From assembly GCA_944321865.1 (NCBI GenBank), contig CALUMZ010000001.1, positions 63,477-127,476 of the forward strand: a stretch of DNA of 64,000 nucleotides. Reading direction: 5' to 3'. Each line of letters starts with the position of its first letter. Position 1 is the first letter of the stretch. The notes beneath the pieces are model-generated. The model did no database searches. It was not told the DNA's origin and worked only from the letters and a program-made list of their open reading frames with translations. Both the position numbers and the translations under genes were made by a program. Below, one piece after another: positions 29,086 to 39,160 of the stretch. The DNA comes from an uncultured Muribaculaceae bacterium. GTDB lineage: Bacteria > Bacteroidota > Bacteroidia > Bacteroidales > Muribaculaceae.

Positions 29086-29886
29086 ATGTCTAATTCAAGG
29101 GAACAGAAACTTGAAGCTTTCGGGAAGCTACTCGACGTACTTGACGAGTTGCGAGTAAAATGTCCGTGGGATGCCAAACAGACCAATGACAGCCTCCGCC
29201 CAAATACTATAGAAGAGGTGATGGAGTTGTCGGAGGCTCTGCTTGGAACAGATACCGAGGCAATAAAAAAAGAGCTTGGCGATGTGCTGCTGCATATAAT
29301 TTTCTATTCAAAGATTGCTGACGAACAGAATAATTTCGATATTGCCGATGTTTGTGATGCGTTGCGCGAAAAACTGATTTTCAGACATCCTCATGTGTTT
29401 GGTAGTACCCATGTCGATGGTGCCGAGGAGGTATCGCAAAACTGGGAACAAATCAAACTTAAGGAAAAAGGCGGTAACAAGACTGTTTTGGCCGGAGTCC
29501 CGGCATCATTACCATCGATGATAAAAGCTTGCCGCATACAGGAAAAGGCGGCTAACGTGGGTTTTGATTGGGAGAAGCGTGAAGATGTGTGGCACAAAGT
29601 AAGGGAAGAACTCGATGAGGTGGAAGCCGAAATGCGCAATGCTAATGTCGAGAACGAGGAAAAGGAATTCGGGGATTTGCTTTTCAGCATAGTAAATGCC
29701 GCACGTTTGTATGGCGTAAATCCCGATACAGCTCTCGAAAAGACAAACCGTAAGTTTATTTCACGTTTTAATCATGTTGAGCAGCGTGCTCGTGAGTGTG
29801 GCCAAAATTTGAAAGAAATGTCACTTGCCATAATGGACAAGTACTGGAACGAGGCAAAAGAATTAGAAAAAAATGCCGATAAATGA
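29086..29886 (+). CDS. mazG: Nucleoside triphosphate pyrophosphohydrolase MazG
   Basis: 266 aa. Tandem MazG domains (EEVMELSEA...ELGDVLLH and EFGDLLFSIVN). Confidence 0.85.
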   Translation: MSNSREQKLEAFGKLLDVLDELRVKCPWDAKQTNDSLRPNTIEEVMELSEALLGTDTEAIKKELGDVLLHIIFYSKIADEQNNFDIADVCDALREKLIFRHPHVFGSTHVDGAEEVSQNWEQIKLKEKGGNKTVLAGVPASLPSMIKACRIQEKAANVGFDWEKREDVWHKVREELDEVEAEMRNANVENEEKEFGDLLFSIVNAARLYGVNPDTALEKTNRKFISRFNHVEQRARECGQNLKEMSLAIMDKYWNEAKELEKNADK

Positions 29887-31949
29887 AAGTCTGCATTACC
29901 GAGAAACCGAGTGTCGCTAAAGACATTGCCGGGATATTGGGTGCCAATGTCAGGCGCGACGGGTATTACGAAGGTTCGGGTTACTATGTAACTTGGACTT
30001 TCGGGCATTTATGCACCCTCAAAGAACCGCAGGATTATACCGATGCTTGGAAAAAATGGAGTCTCGGAGCGTTACCCATGATTCCACAGCGTTTTGGCAT
30101 AAAACTTATTGCCGACAAAGGGATAGAAAAACAATTTAAGGTAATCGAAGAATTGATAGGGCAGGCCGACGAGGTTATAAACTGTGGAGATGCCGGACAA
30201 GAGGGGGAATTGATACAGCGATGGGTGATGCAAAAAGCAGGATGTTCAAAGCCTGTAAGTCGATTGTGGATTTCATCGCTCACCGATGAAAGTATCAAAG
30301 AAGGATTTAATAACTTGCGTCCGCAGTCGGATTTCGATCCATTGTATTTCGCAGGGTTGTCAAGAGCCATAGGGGACTGGATACTCGGCATGAATGCAAC
30401 CCGGCTGTACACGTTAAAATATTCACACGGTGCAGGCAACGTATTGTCGGTAGGGCGCGTGCAAACTCCCACATTGGCATTGATTGTGAACCGCCAAAAG
30501 GAGATAAGTGAGTTTGTTCCCGAGAACTATTGGGAAATAAAGACTGTATATCGCAATGTGACGTTTAATGCCAGCAAGGGGCGCTATAATAACGAAGCAG
30601 ATGCGCAGAACGTAATAAATATTATAAAAGATGTGCCGTTGCGCGTAACAGCGGTAGTGACAAAACGGGGGAAAGAAGCCCCGCCGCGACTGTTTGATTT
30701 GACTTCGTTGCAGGTGGAGTGCAACAAAAAGCTGGGTTATACAGCCGAAGAGACGTTAAGGTATATACAATCACTTTATGAGAAAAAAGTTACCACATAC
30801 CCCCGTGTCGACACAACCTACTTGAGCGATGACATATATCCCAAGATAAATGGCATAATGCAAGCAATGACACCGTATTCCTCATTGACGGCTGCCGTCT
30901 TGTCGAAGAAGATTCCGAAGTCGAAGAAAGTCTTCGACAACTCCAAGGTTACAGATCACCACGCCATAATTCCAACGAATGTGCCACCTCAAACAGTGGC
31001 AATGAGCATGGAAGAAAAACGTGTGTATGACATGATAGCAAAACGCTTTATTGCAGCCTTTTATCCCGATTGTGAGTTTTCTCAAACAACGGTTAATGCC
31101 GAAGCCGGGAAAATTGAGTTCAAGGCGACCGGAAAACAAATATTGATAAAGGGATGGCGGGAAATATATGACCGTGATAAGGCTCAAGGGGGTGTAGCCG
31201 GGAATGAAGATGCCGACAATCAGATAATGCCGCAGTTCGTGGTCGATGAAGAAGGTGAGCATGAACCTTCGTTGGTGAAAAAAACTACGCAGCCGCCAAA
31301 ATTGTATACCGAAGGTACGTTGTTGCGAGCAATGGAAACTGCGGGAAAATCGGTTGACGATGAGGAGTTGCGCGATGCCATGAAAGAAAATGGAATAGGT
31401 CGTCCGTCGACTCGTGCGGCCATCATAGAGATTCTATTTAAACGACGATACATAAGACGCGAGAAAAAAAATATTATTGCCACCAATGCCGGTATTTCCT
31501 TGATAGCTACGATAAAAGATGAATTACTGAAATCGGCAAAGTTGACAGGAATTTGGGAGAACAAGTTGCGCAAAATAGAGAGAAAAGAATATGATGCCAA
31601 TTTATTCATTTCGGAATTAAAAGATATGGTGGGCAAGATAGTTATAAATGTCTTGTCGGATAATAGCCACAATAATATAGTGATAGAGAAAGAGGATAAC
31701 GCCAAAGCCAAAAGGAGGTCTCGTGCAAAAGTCAAGCAGGCACAAGAGGATACTGTGGTAACTTCTGTCTCGGATATAATTTGTCCGGTTTGCAAGAAAG
31801 GACATTTGCTTAAGGGAAGTAAGGCTTTTGGTTGCAGCGAGTACCGGAATGGTTGTTCGTTGAGATTGCCATTTGAGGAGTACAATCCCGATTTGGAACC
31901 AACTGAATTATTGCGATTGATTGAATCAAAACTGAACATAAAAAAATGA
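29883..31949 (+). CDS. topB: Type IA DNA topoisomerase (topoisomerase III-like) with a C-terminal zinc ribbon
   Basis: 688 aa. TOPRIM N-terminus, active-site region TTYPRVDT and a C-terminal CPVCKKG...CSEYRNGC. Overlaps the mazG stop by 4 nt. Confidence 0.85.
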   Translation: MKVCITEKPSVAKDIAGILGANVRRDGYYEGSGYYVTWTFGHLCTLKEPQDYTDAWKKWSLGALPMIPQRFGIKLIADKGIEKQFKVIEELIGQADEVINCGDAGQEGELIQRWVMQKAGCSKPVSRLWISSLTDESIKEGFNNLRPQSDFDPLYFAGLSRAIGDWILGMNATRLYTLKYSHGAGNVLSVGRVQTPTLALIVNRQKEISEFVPENYWEIKTVYRNVTFNASKGRYNNEADAQNVINIIKDVPLRVTAVVTKRGKEAPPRLFDLTSLQVECNKKLGYTAEETLRYIQSLYEKKVTTYPRVDTTYLSDDIYPKINGIMQAMTPYSSLTAAVLSKKIPKSKKVFDNSKVTDHHAIIPTNVPPQTVAMSMEEKRVYDMIAKRFIAAFYPDCEFSQTTVNAEAGKIEFKATGKQILIKGWREIYDRDKAQGGVAGNEDADNQIMPQFVVDEEGEHEPSLVKKTTQPPKLYTEGTLLRAMETAGKSVDDEELRDAMKENGIGRPSTRAAIIEILFKRRYIRREKKNIIATNAGISLIATIKDELLKSAKLTGIWENKLRKIERKEYDANLFISELKDMVGKIVINVLSDNSHNNIVIEKEDNAKAKRRSRAKVKQAQEDTVVTSVSDIICPVCKKGHLLKGSKAFGCSEYRNGCSLRLPFEEYNPDLEPTELLRLIESKLNIKK

Positions 31950-32476
31950 GCGACGAAGAATTGTTTCCTCTTGTCGATGAGGACGGGAATCAGATTGGTA
32001 AAGCCACTCGGCGAGAATGCCATTCGGGTACAATGTTATTACACCCTGTGGTTCACTTGCATGTTTTTAATGCCAAAGGTGAATTGTATTTGCAGAAGCG
32101 TTCAACGGATAAGGATATACAACCCGGCAAATGGGATACATCGGTAGGCGGGCATGTGGATTATGGCGAAACTGTGGAGAATGCCTTAAAGCGCGAAGCC
32201 CGTGAAGAATTGGGATTGGAGATTGCCGATGCAAAATTATTATACAGGTACATCTTTAAGAGTCGGGTGGAGAAGGAACTTGTAAATACATATATGATTG
32301 TGACAGGCTGCCAAGATGAAATAAAAATTGACCCGGTCGAGATAGAAGAGGGCCGATTCTGGAAACTTAATGATATAAAGTCAAGATTGGGCAGTGGAAT
32401 CTTTACTCCGAATTTTGAGATGGAATTTGAACGTCTGATGCAAGCATTGGAACAGGGAGAATGTGGCAATACATAG
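31946..32476 (+). CDS. NUDIX hydrolase
   Basis: 176 aa. Nudix box GGHVDYGETVENALKREAREELGL. Confidence 0.85.
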   Translation: MSDEELFPLVDEDGNQIGKATRRECHSGTMLLHPVVHLHVFNAKGELYLQKRSTDKDIQPGKWDTSVGGHVDYGETVENALKREAREELGLEIADAKLLYRYIFKSRVEKELVNTYMIVTGCQDEIKIDPVEIEEGRFWKLNDIKSRLGSGIFTPNFEMEFERLMQALEQGECGNT

Positions 32477-32676
32477 CAGTATCGGTTGTTTTGTTGATAG
32501 TGGTATATGCGGTTATATCCAAGTTGATAAAATCGCATAAGAATAATTATGCCACGAATCCGTTTTGTGCAGGTTGTGCATTGGCAAAAAATTGCACGAA
32601 ACGCAAGAAGTATGTCAAATCTAAAGACATGAGGTGCGATATGCAGTCAACTAAGCCTCCAATTCGACAACAGTAA
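32461..32676 (+). CDS. Small Cys-rich membrane protein (FeoB-associated / P12-like topology), tentative
   Basis: 71 aa. One N-terminal TM (IAVSVVLLIVVYAVI), then CAGCALAKNC and a basic tail. The ATG overlaps the NUDIX 3' end by 16 nt; the 3' end overlaps convergent mutS2 by 26 nt. Confidence 0.45.
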   Translation: MWQYIAVSVVLLIVVYAVISKLIKSHKNNYATNPFCAGCALAKNCTKRKKYVKSKDMRCDMQSTKPPIRQQ

Positions 32677-35098
32677 TACCGGCGCCGCCAAACTGTACGT
32701 GCTCGTCACGATATGATTTTACGCCATTGACGGTGTTGAGGTATTCACGAATGCGTTGACGCAAGATGCCGTTGCCTGTGCCGTGTAAAATGCGAACCTG
32801 CTTTGAATTAAATTGTATGGCATCATCGATAAAGTAGGTTACGGCCTGTATTGCTTCGTCGGCTCTCATCCCTCTCACATCGATGTCGGGCTTAAAATTT
32901 AATTGGCGTCGGCGTATGTCGTCAGACATTGTTACCGAGACGGTGGGCTTGTGGCCGGTAATGCTTTCGGCGTGGTTTACCTTGTGCAGGCGTTTCAGGG
33001 CCACTCTTGACTGGAAGTTCCCCATTGCAATAGTTGCCATGTCACCTGTGATTTCCATTACCTTGCAAGGAGTCTTGTTATTATCGAGTGTGGCAAAGCA
33101 GCCTATGGTTACCGGTTCTTCTTGAACTATTGTCTTCTTCTCCGGGCGTTTTGCGCGCCGTTTTATTTTGCTGTTTATTGGGAGGTCGGCAAGTTTTATT
33201 TCATCATTTTCGAGTTGAGATTTAAATTCATCGAGTTGGCGGCGTATTTCTTTCGTTTGTTCTTTCTCGGCTTGAGATTTACGAATTTCATGTATTGTAC
33301 GCTCGATTGCCGCATTGCTTTGAGACAATATTTGCCGAGCCTCTTCGCGGGCTACTTTTATGATATTGCGCTGTTCGTTCCCGAGGCGTTCTATTTCGGT
33401 GGCATATTGCTCTTCAAGTTGTTGCAGCTTCTTGTTCCGGTTATGTATTTCTGCGCGTTTGTTTTCCCAGTATTTCTTGTCACGGGCAATGTCGAGCAAG
33501 TACTTGTCCATGTTTATATAGTCGCTACCAACAAGCTGTTCGGCATCTTTTATTACTTCGGACGGTAGACCTATGTTACGGGCAATCTCGATGGCAAAAG
33601 AACTGCCGGGGTATCCGATTGATAACTGGAAAAGAGGGCGCATGTTTTGTCGGTCGTAAAGCATGGCACCGTTTATAAGTCCGTCGGTGTCTTCGGCAAA
33701 GTGTTTTAAGTTCTGGTAGTGCGTGGTTATTACTCCGAATATATGCTTTTCGTTTAGCTGTTTAAGTATGGCTTGTGCAATGGCTCCGCCTATTTGGGGC
33801 TCGGTACCGCCGCCAAACTCATCGATTAGTATGAGAGTGTCGTTGCCACCTTTGTTCATGAAAAATTTCATGTTGGTAAGGTGGGAACTATATGTACTCA
33901 AGTCGTTCTCGATAGACTGCTCATCACCGATATCAATGAATAAATTATTAAAGATTCCAATATGGGAGTTGTTGTAAACCGGTGGCAACATGCCGCATTG
34001 AGTCATGTATTGAACGATGCTTACTGTTTTCAAGCACACCGATTTGCCCCCGGCGTTAGGTCCGGAGATAAGCAAAATGCGATTTCGGGAGTCAAGTGTT
34101 ATGTTGAGAGGAACCACTTCCTTGCCTTGTGCCTTGAGCGATAGCAACAGTGTGGGGTGAATGGCATGATAATATTCAATATGGGGCTCTTTTTCGAGAA
34201 TTGGCATGCTGCCTCCCGTTTCGTTGGCAAACAATGCTTTGGCTCTAATAAAGTCGATAATACCAAGTATTGAGTAAGAATCAAGCAGACTGTCAACGTG
34301 AGGCCGAATGGTTGAAGATACTTCGGTCAATATGCGAATTATTTCACGTTGCATATCGTTTTCGAGCTCACGGATGCGGTTATTTGCTTCGACCACCTGT
34401 TCGGGTTCTATGAATATGGTCTTTCCTGTTGCTGATTCATCATGTACGATACCGCGTATCTTACGCTTATTCATTGGTGCGACCGGAATCACGAGTCGTC
34501 CGTCTCTTATCGACGGTGCCACATCGCTATCTATGAAGCCCTGTTCCTTGCCTTGCGCTACAATCCTTCTCATGATTGTATTGACGCTTTGGGTTGCCGC
34601 AGAAAGCGACCTTTTTATTTCAAGCAGTTGCGGTGATGCATTATCTTTGATATTCCCATATTTGTCAATTACGGCGTCGATGCTTGCGATTAGTTGAGGG
34701 AACGTCAGCATCGAGGCAACTAATTCGGTCAACCTTTTATAGGCAGGCGAATCGTTTACTGTGGCATTGTTAAAAAATGCCACTATGTCGGATATGGTTT
34801 GCAAAGAACGGCGCAGGTTGAACAAGTCTTCGACAGACATGTATGCGCCGACTATTTTGATTGATTTCAGATTCTCGGTTAAATCATAATAATTGCTTAA
34901 CGGAAATTCTTTCCCGGTTGTTATTATTGAAAGGAATTCGTCGGTCTGTTCCAAGAGTTTTTTTACAGTTGCATAATCGCTTGAAAAGTGCATCGTTTTG
35001 CAGCATTTGATGCCGAGAGTTCCAATACATTTGCTTTCAAGCAAATGCCTTATAGTCGCAAAATCAATTTTACTTTCAAAATTTCGCGGATAAACCAT
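32651..35098 (-). CDS. mutS2: Endonuclease MutS2 (MutS domain plus C-terminal Smr)
   Basis: 815 aa. Walker A GPNAGGKS, coiled-coil linker and a C-terminal Smr domain (DVRGMRADEA...ILHGTGNGILR). Confidence 0.9.
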   Translation of the reverse strand: MVYPRNFESKIDFATIRHLLESKCIGTLGIKCCKTMHFSSDYATVKKLLEQTDEFLSIITTGKEFPLSNYYDLTENLKSIKIVGAYMSVEDLFNLRRSLQTISDIVAFFNNATVNDSPAYKRLTELVASMLTFPQLIASIDAVIDKYGNIKDNASPQLLEIKRSLSAATQSVNTIMRRIVAQGKEQGFIDSDVAPSIRDGRLVIPVAPMNKRKIRGIVHDESATGKTIFIEPEQVVEANNRIRELENDMQREIIRILTEVSSTIRPHVDSLLDSYSILGIIDFIRAKALFANETGGSMPILEKEPHIEYYHAIHPTLLLSLKAQGKEVVPLNITLDSRNRILLISGPNAGGKSVCLKTVSIVQYMTQCGMLPPVYNNSHIGIFNNLFIDIGDEQSIENDLSTYSSHLTNMKFFMNKGGNDTLILIDEFGGGTEPQIGGAIAQAILKQLNEKHIFGVITTHYQNLKHFAEDTDGLINGAMLYDRQNMRPLFQLSIGYPGSSFAIEIARNIGLPSEVIKDAEQLVGSDYINMDKYLLDIARDKKYWENKRAEIHNRNKKLQQLEEQYATEIERLGNEQRNIIKVAREEARQILSQSNAAIERTIHEIRKSQAEKEQTKEIRRQLDEFKSQLENDEIKLADLPINSKIKRRAKRPEKKTIVQEEPVTIGCFATLDNNKTPCKVMEITGDMATIAMGNFQSRVALKRLHKVNHAESITGHKPTVSVTMSDDIRRRQLNFKPDIDVRGMRADEAIQAVTYFIDDAIQFNSKQVRILHGTGNGILRQRIREYLNTVNGVKSYRDEHVQFGGAGITVVELEA

Positions 35099-35137
35099 TA
35101 TATGTAGTGCAGTGAATGTGTGGAATAAAATCGGAGA

Positions 35138-35968
35138 TTAATCGAATTTTTTGCGTCGGAATACGAAATTACGGCCGAGATATTTTTCCCTGACTATAGG
35201 GTTCTCGGCAAGTTCCTCGCTTGTGCCTTGGAATAGAATTTTGCCTTCAAAGAGCAAGTAAGCACGGTCGGTTATACTGAGGGTTTCGGGTGCGTTGTGG
35301 TCGGTGATTAAGATTCCAATGTTTTTTTCCTTGAGCTTATATACTATGTATTGAATATCTTCTACCGCTATAGGGTCTACGCCGGCAAATGGTTCATCAA
35401 GCATTATGAACTTGGGGTTAATTGCGAGGCATCGTGCAATTTCACAACGTCTGCGTTCACCTCCCGACAATTGGTCGCCAAGGTTTTTCCTGACCTTTTG
35501 TATTCTAAACTCAGATAGCAGGCTCTCTAACTTCTCGCGTTGATATTCGGCCGAGGTATTAGTCATTTCCAATACGGTGCGAATATTGTTTTCAACGCTT
35601 AATTTGCGGAAAACCGATGGCTCCTGAGGTAAATATCCGATACCGTATTTTGCTCGTTTATATACCGGAAATTTAGTAATATCGTGATTGTTTAGGAAGA
35701 TTTTCCCTTCATTGGGAGTTATAAGTCCGGTAGTCATGTAGAAGGTAGTGGTCTTACCGGCACCATTGGGTCCGAGCAATCCCACAATCTCTCCTTGTTT
35801 AACGTTGATTGACACGTGGTTCACGACTGTGCGTTGCCGGTACTTTTTTACCAAGTCTTCGGTACGAAGCACCATGTTGCCATCATCGTTTTGCGATTCG
35901 GCTTTTAACTGTTCTTCTTCTAAGCGTTCTTTAGGGTCGAATATTTTGTCTATCCACTTGAATGCCAT
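35138..35968 (-). CDS. lptB: LPS export ABC transporter ATP-binding protein
   Basis: Motifs [28 protein letters not shown]. The canonical LptB N-terminus starts at internal M32 (ATG at 35875), so the 31-aa acidic extension is uncertain. Confidence 0.85.
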   Translation of the reverse strand: MAFKWIDKIFDPKERLEEEQLKAESQNDDGNMVLRTEDLVKKYRQRTVVNHVSINVKQGEIVGLLGPNGAGKTTTFYMTTGLITPNEGKIFLNNHDITKFPVYKRAKYGIGYLPQEPSVFRKLSVENNIRTVLEMTNTSAEYQREKLESLLSEFRIQKVRKNLGDQLSGGERRRCEIARCLAINPKFIMLDEPFAGVDPIAVEDIQYIVYKLKEKNIGILITDHNAPETLSITDRAYLLFEGKILFQGTSEELAENPIVREKYLGRNFVFRRKKFD

Positions 35969-36000
35969 ATAAGTATCAAGTATCTGTGTGTTGGAAAATC

Positions 36001-36609
36001 TTATTTCAAACGGCTTTTTATATAATCGGTGAGGAGGTTTATTGCGACCTCGTTGTTGCCCCCTTGGGGTACAATCAAGTCGGCATATCGTTTGGCCGGC
36101 TCTATATATCGGTTGTGCATGGGTTTCAGTACCCGTTCATACCGGTCGATTACCATCTGTGGAGTGCGGCCCCGTTCTATGCAATCTCGATAAATTACTC
36201 TTATGAGCCTGTCGTCGGCATCGGCATCAACAAATACCTTTATGTCCATCATGTTGCGTAATTGCGGGTCGGAAAAGACAAGTATGCCTTCCAATAGGAC
36301 GACATCATGCGGATCAAGGTGAACCGTTTCTTTTTGCCGGGTACAAGTGAGGTAGGAGTAGGTGGGCATTTCCACTGCCTTCCCCTCCTTCAGCATTTTC
36401 AGGTGTTTCAGAAGCAGTACCCAGTCAAAGGCACCCGGTTCGTCGAAATTGATTTTTTGCCGGTCTTCGACAGGAACATGACTTGAATCTTTATAATAAG
36501 AATCTTGTGAAATCACGCCGACTTCCCCTGCGGGTAGCCGTTCCATTATTTTGTTGACGACGGTGGTTTTGCCCGATCCGGTGCCTCCTGCAATTCCGAT
36601 TATAAGCAT
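36001..36609 (-). CDS. udk: Uridine kinase
   Basis: [17 protein letters not shown]-loop at the N-terminus. The track ORF extends to 36741, but a TATTTTTG -7 box (plus 36637-36644) lies inside that extension. Confidence 0.85.
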   Translation of the reverse strand: MLIIGIAGGTGSGKTTVVNKIMERLPAGEVGVISQDSYYKDSSHVPVEDRQKINFDEPGAFDWVLLLKHLKMLKEGKAVEMPTYSYLTCTRQKETVHLDPHDVVLLEGILVFSDPQLRNMMDIKVFVDADADDRLIRVIYRDCIERGRTPQMVIDRYERVLKPMHNRYIEPAKRYADLIVPQGGNNEVAINLLTDYIKSRLK

Positions 36610-36636
36610 TTCTTGTTTGTGAAAAATATAACGATA

Positions 36637-36644
36637 CAAAAATA
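36637..36644 (-). promoter_or_regulatory. -7 promoter box TATTTTTG for the udk-lptB-mutS2 unit
   Basis: Plus strand reads caaaaata, 28 nt upstream of the udk ATG at 36609. Confidence 0.45.
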
Positions 36645-36713
36645 CATATAAAAAGTGGATTAGAACAGATGTGAAGTATAAAAAATGAAATTGTGTGTAT
36701 TGGGGCATTTTCG

Positions 36714-36721
36714 TACTTTTG
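36714..36721 (+). promoter_or_regulatory. -7 promoter box TACTTTTG for the second ABC-F gene
   Basis: 26 nt upstream of the ATG at 36747. Divergent from the udk promoter. Confidence 0.5.
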
Positions 36722-36746
36722 TACCAACAGATTATGAACAATCGCG

Positions 36747-38612
36747 ATGAACAGTATATTGCAAATTGAGAATGTGTCGAAGTCGTATGGCGACCGACTG
36801 TTATTTTCCGGCGTCACGCTTGGTGTGAATGAAGGTGATAAAATTGGATTGATAGCCAAGAATGGTACGGGGAAATCTACTTTGATGAAAATAATATCGG
36901 GTGTAGAAAGTGCCGATGATGGAAATATTGTTTTGCGGAATGGGATAAGAGTGGGCTACCTTGAGCAGGTTACTGAAATGGATCCCGATACAGTCGTCAT
37001 AGATACATTTATTGGAGATGATAGCGAACGATCTGCTGTGATAAAAGATTACGAGCGTGCAATGGTCGCCAATGACCTTGCGTCAATAACTGCATTGACC
37101 TCGAAAATGGATGCATTAGGGTTGTGGGACTATGAGAATAACTTCAAGCAGGTGTTGTCGAAGTTGAAAATAGATGATTGTTATCAACGCGTGGGTGAAT
37201 TGTCGGGAGGCCAGTTGAAACGTGTCGCACTTGCCAAAGCTATAATAGATGCTCCCGACCTGTTGCTGCTTGATGAGCCAACCAACCATCTTGATGTGGA
37301 AGTGATAGAATGGCTCGAAGATTACTTGTCGCGGTCGCGAATGACGCTTTTAATGGTAACACATGACCGATATTTCCTTGACAGGGTGTGCAATAAAATA
37401 GTAGAAATAGATAATGGCTCGATATATGAGTATTCGGGGAATTATTCTTACTATCTTGAAAAGCGGCAAGAAAGAATCGAAGCAGAAAATGCCGAGGCTG
37501 CCCGTGCCAAGAATTTGTTGCGTACAGAATTGGAGTGGATTCGACGTCAGCCACAAGCGCGAGGCAGCAAGGCACGTTATAGGATTAATGCTTTTCACGA
37601 GCTTGAGAAGCGTGCGCAGAACGTGCGTATTGAACGAGACGTGGAACTTGACGTCAAGGCTTCTTACATAGGCTCCAAAATATTTGAGGCACACGGTGTG
37701 TGCAAACGATTTGGTGACAAGGTTATACTTGACAATTTTAATTACACGTTTGCGCGATACGAGAAATTGGGGATAGTGGGCAATAATGGTGCAGGGAAGT
37801 CCACATTTATAAAATGTTTATTGGGATTGTTGCCTGTAGACAGCGGATATTTTGAAGTAGGGGAAACTGTGCGATTCGGTTATTACAGCCAAGAGGGAAT
37901 TGAATTTGACGACACAAAGAAGGTGATTGACGCAGTAAGGGAAATTGCCGAATATGTGAAATTTGATGAAAAAACATCTTATACGGCATCACAATTCCTG
38001 CAATTGTTCCTGTTCACGCCGGCCGACCAACAAAAGTTTATATCAAAATTAAGCGGAGGTGAAAAACGCAGGTTATACCTTGCCACAGTATTAATGCGCA
38101 AGCCTAATTTCTTGATACTTGACGAGCCAACCAATGACCTTGATATAAAAACACTTGAAGTTCTTGAAAATTATATTGCGGGTTTCAAGGGGTGCGTCAT
38201 AACGGTATCGCATGACCGTTTCTTCATGGATAGAATCGTGGATCACTTGTTTGTGTTTGAAGGTGAAGGGGTAATACGGGATTTTCCGGGTAATTACAGT
38301 GATTACCGGGCTGTCAAGGAAGATGAAAAACGTGTAGAGGCTGCTAAACAAAAAGAGGCAACAAAACCACATGCAGCATCGCAGCCGCGCCAGAACAAAC
38401 CAAACAAGATGACGTTCAAGGAGCGTAAAGAATTTGAGGCTCTTGACTCTGAAATTACGCAACTTACGGCCGAGAAAGAAGCCCTCGATGACTTGTTTAA
38501 CAGTGGAGAAGTGATTGCCGATGTTGCAGCCAAGTCGAGCCGCTATGATGAAGTGTGCCGCCTGCTCAATGAAAAAGAAATGCGTTGGCTCGAATTGAGT
38601 GAAAAAGAGTAG
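36747..38612 (+). CDS. ABC-F family ATPase (Uup-like, C-terminal coiled coil)
   Basis: 621 aa. Two NBDs (AKNGTGKST, GNNGAGKST), two LSGG signatures and a C-terminal coiled-coil domain. Confidence 0.9.
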   Translation: MNSILQIENVSKSYGDRLLFSGVTLGVNEGDKIGLIAKNGTGKSTLMKIISGVESADDGNIVLRNGIRVGYLEQVTEMDPDTVVIDTFIGDDSERSAVIKDYERAMVANDLASITALTSKMDALGLWDYENNFKQVLSKLKIDDCYQRVGELSGGQLKRVALAKAIIDAPDLLLLDEPTNHLDVEVIEWLEDYLSRSRMTLLMVTHDRYFLDRVCNKIVEIDNGSIYEYSGNYSYYLEKRQERIEAENAEAARAKNLLRTELEWIRRQPQARGSKARYRINAFHELEKRAQNVRIERDVELDVKASYIGSKIFEAHGVCKRFGDKVILDNFNYTFARYEKLGIVGNNGAGKSTFIKCLLGLLPVDSGYFEVGETVRFGYYSQEGIEFDDTKKVIDAVREIAEYVKFDEKTSYTASQFLQLFLFTPADQQKFISKLSGGEKRRLYLATVLMRKPNFLILDEPTNDLDIKTLEVLENYIAGFKGCVITVSHDRFFMDRIVDHLFVFEGEGVIRDFPGNYSDYRAVKEDEKRVEAAKQKEATKPHAASQPRQNKPNKMTFKERKEFEALDSEITQLTAEKEALDDLFNSGEVIADVAAKSSRYDEVCRLLNEKEMRWLELSEKE

Positions 38613-38660
38613 CTGCGTTTTATCTTCATTCGGGCATGTGAGATTAGTCGCAGGCCTGTT

Positions 38661-39011
38661 TTAGCCGTCGATGAGTTGCAAGCTATACATTTCACCATGT
38701 ACACTTTCGTTGTATAAGGTGCTGCGTGTTACGGTTATCCCTTCGTCAATTTTTATTTCTTTCTCAGGCTCGTAGTTTGCATTCCATTTGGCTTCCACTG
38801 TGGTAGCGAAAGTCCCGATGCTTATTTGTTCGCCTTCGCGATATGCGACTTTTACGGATTTGTCATTGATTTCGGTGATTTTGAATAATTGGCATTCTTC
38901 GATTATGCCTAATTTTATGGGTAATATTTTCTCATCGATTAAAGTAGATGAGTAGCCGTTCCAATCAGATTCGGAGTATTTCCTAAAAGTGATTTTGATT
39001 TTCATGTGCAT
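38661..39011 (-). CDS. Hypothetical protein, no signal peptide
   Basis: 116-aa ORF in an otherwise empty 550-bp gap. No motif recognised. The start could be M1 (39011) or M3 (39005). Confidence 0.4.
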   Translation of the reverse strand: MHMKIKITFRKYSESDWNGYSSTLIDEKILPIKLGIIEECQLFKITEINDKSVKVAYREGEQISIGTFATTVEAKWNANYEPEKEIKIDEGITVTRSTLYNESVHGEMYSLQLIDG

Positions 39012-39160
39012 GGCAGGTTTGAGAAATTTTTAATCAATTGCAAGTTATAAAAAACAGGACATATTACAAAAGATTCAAAGAAGCGTTTTTTATTGCGTAG
39101 GCTGTGAATTTTTATGTATCTTTACGGCGATTATTCATTTTAATACCAAATAACTAACTT

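Noticed and set aside
36610-36741. 44-codon N-terminal extension of udk.
   Set aside because: The translation is hydrophobic junk (FIICWYKST...). The P-loop N-terminus MLIIGIAGG starts at 36609, and a -7 box lies within the extension.
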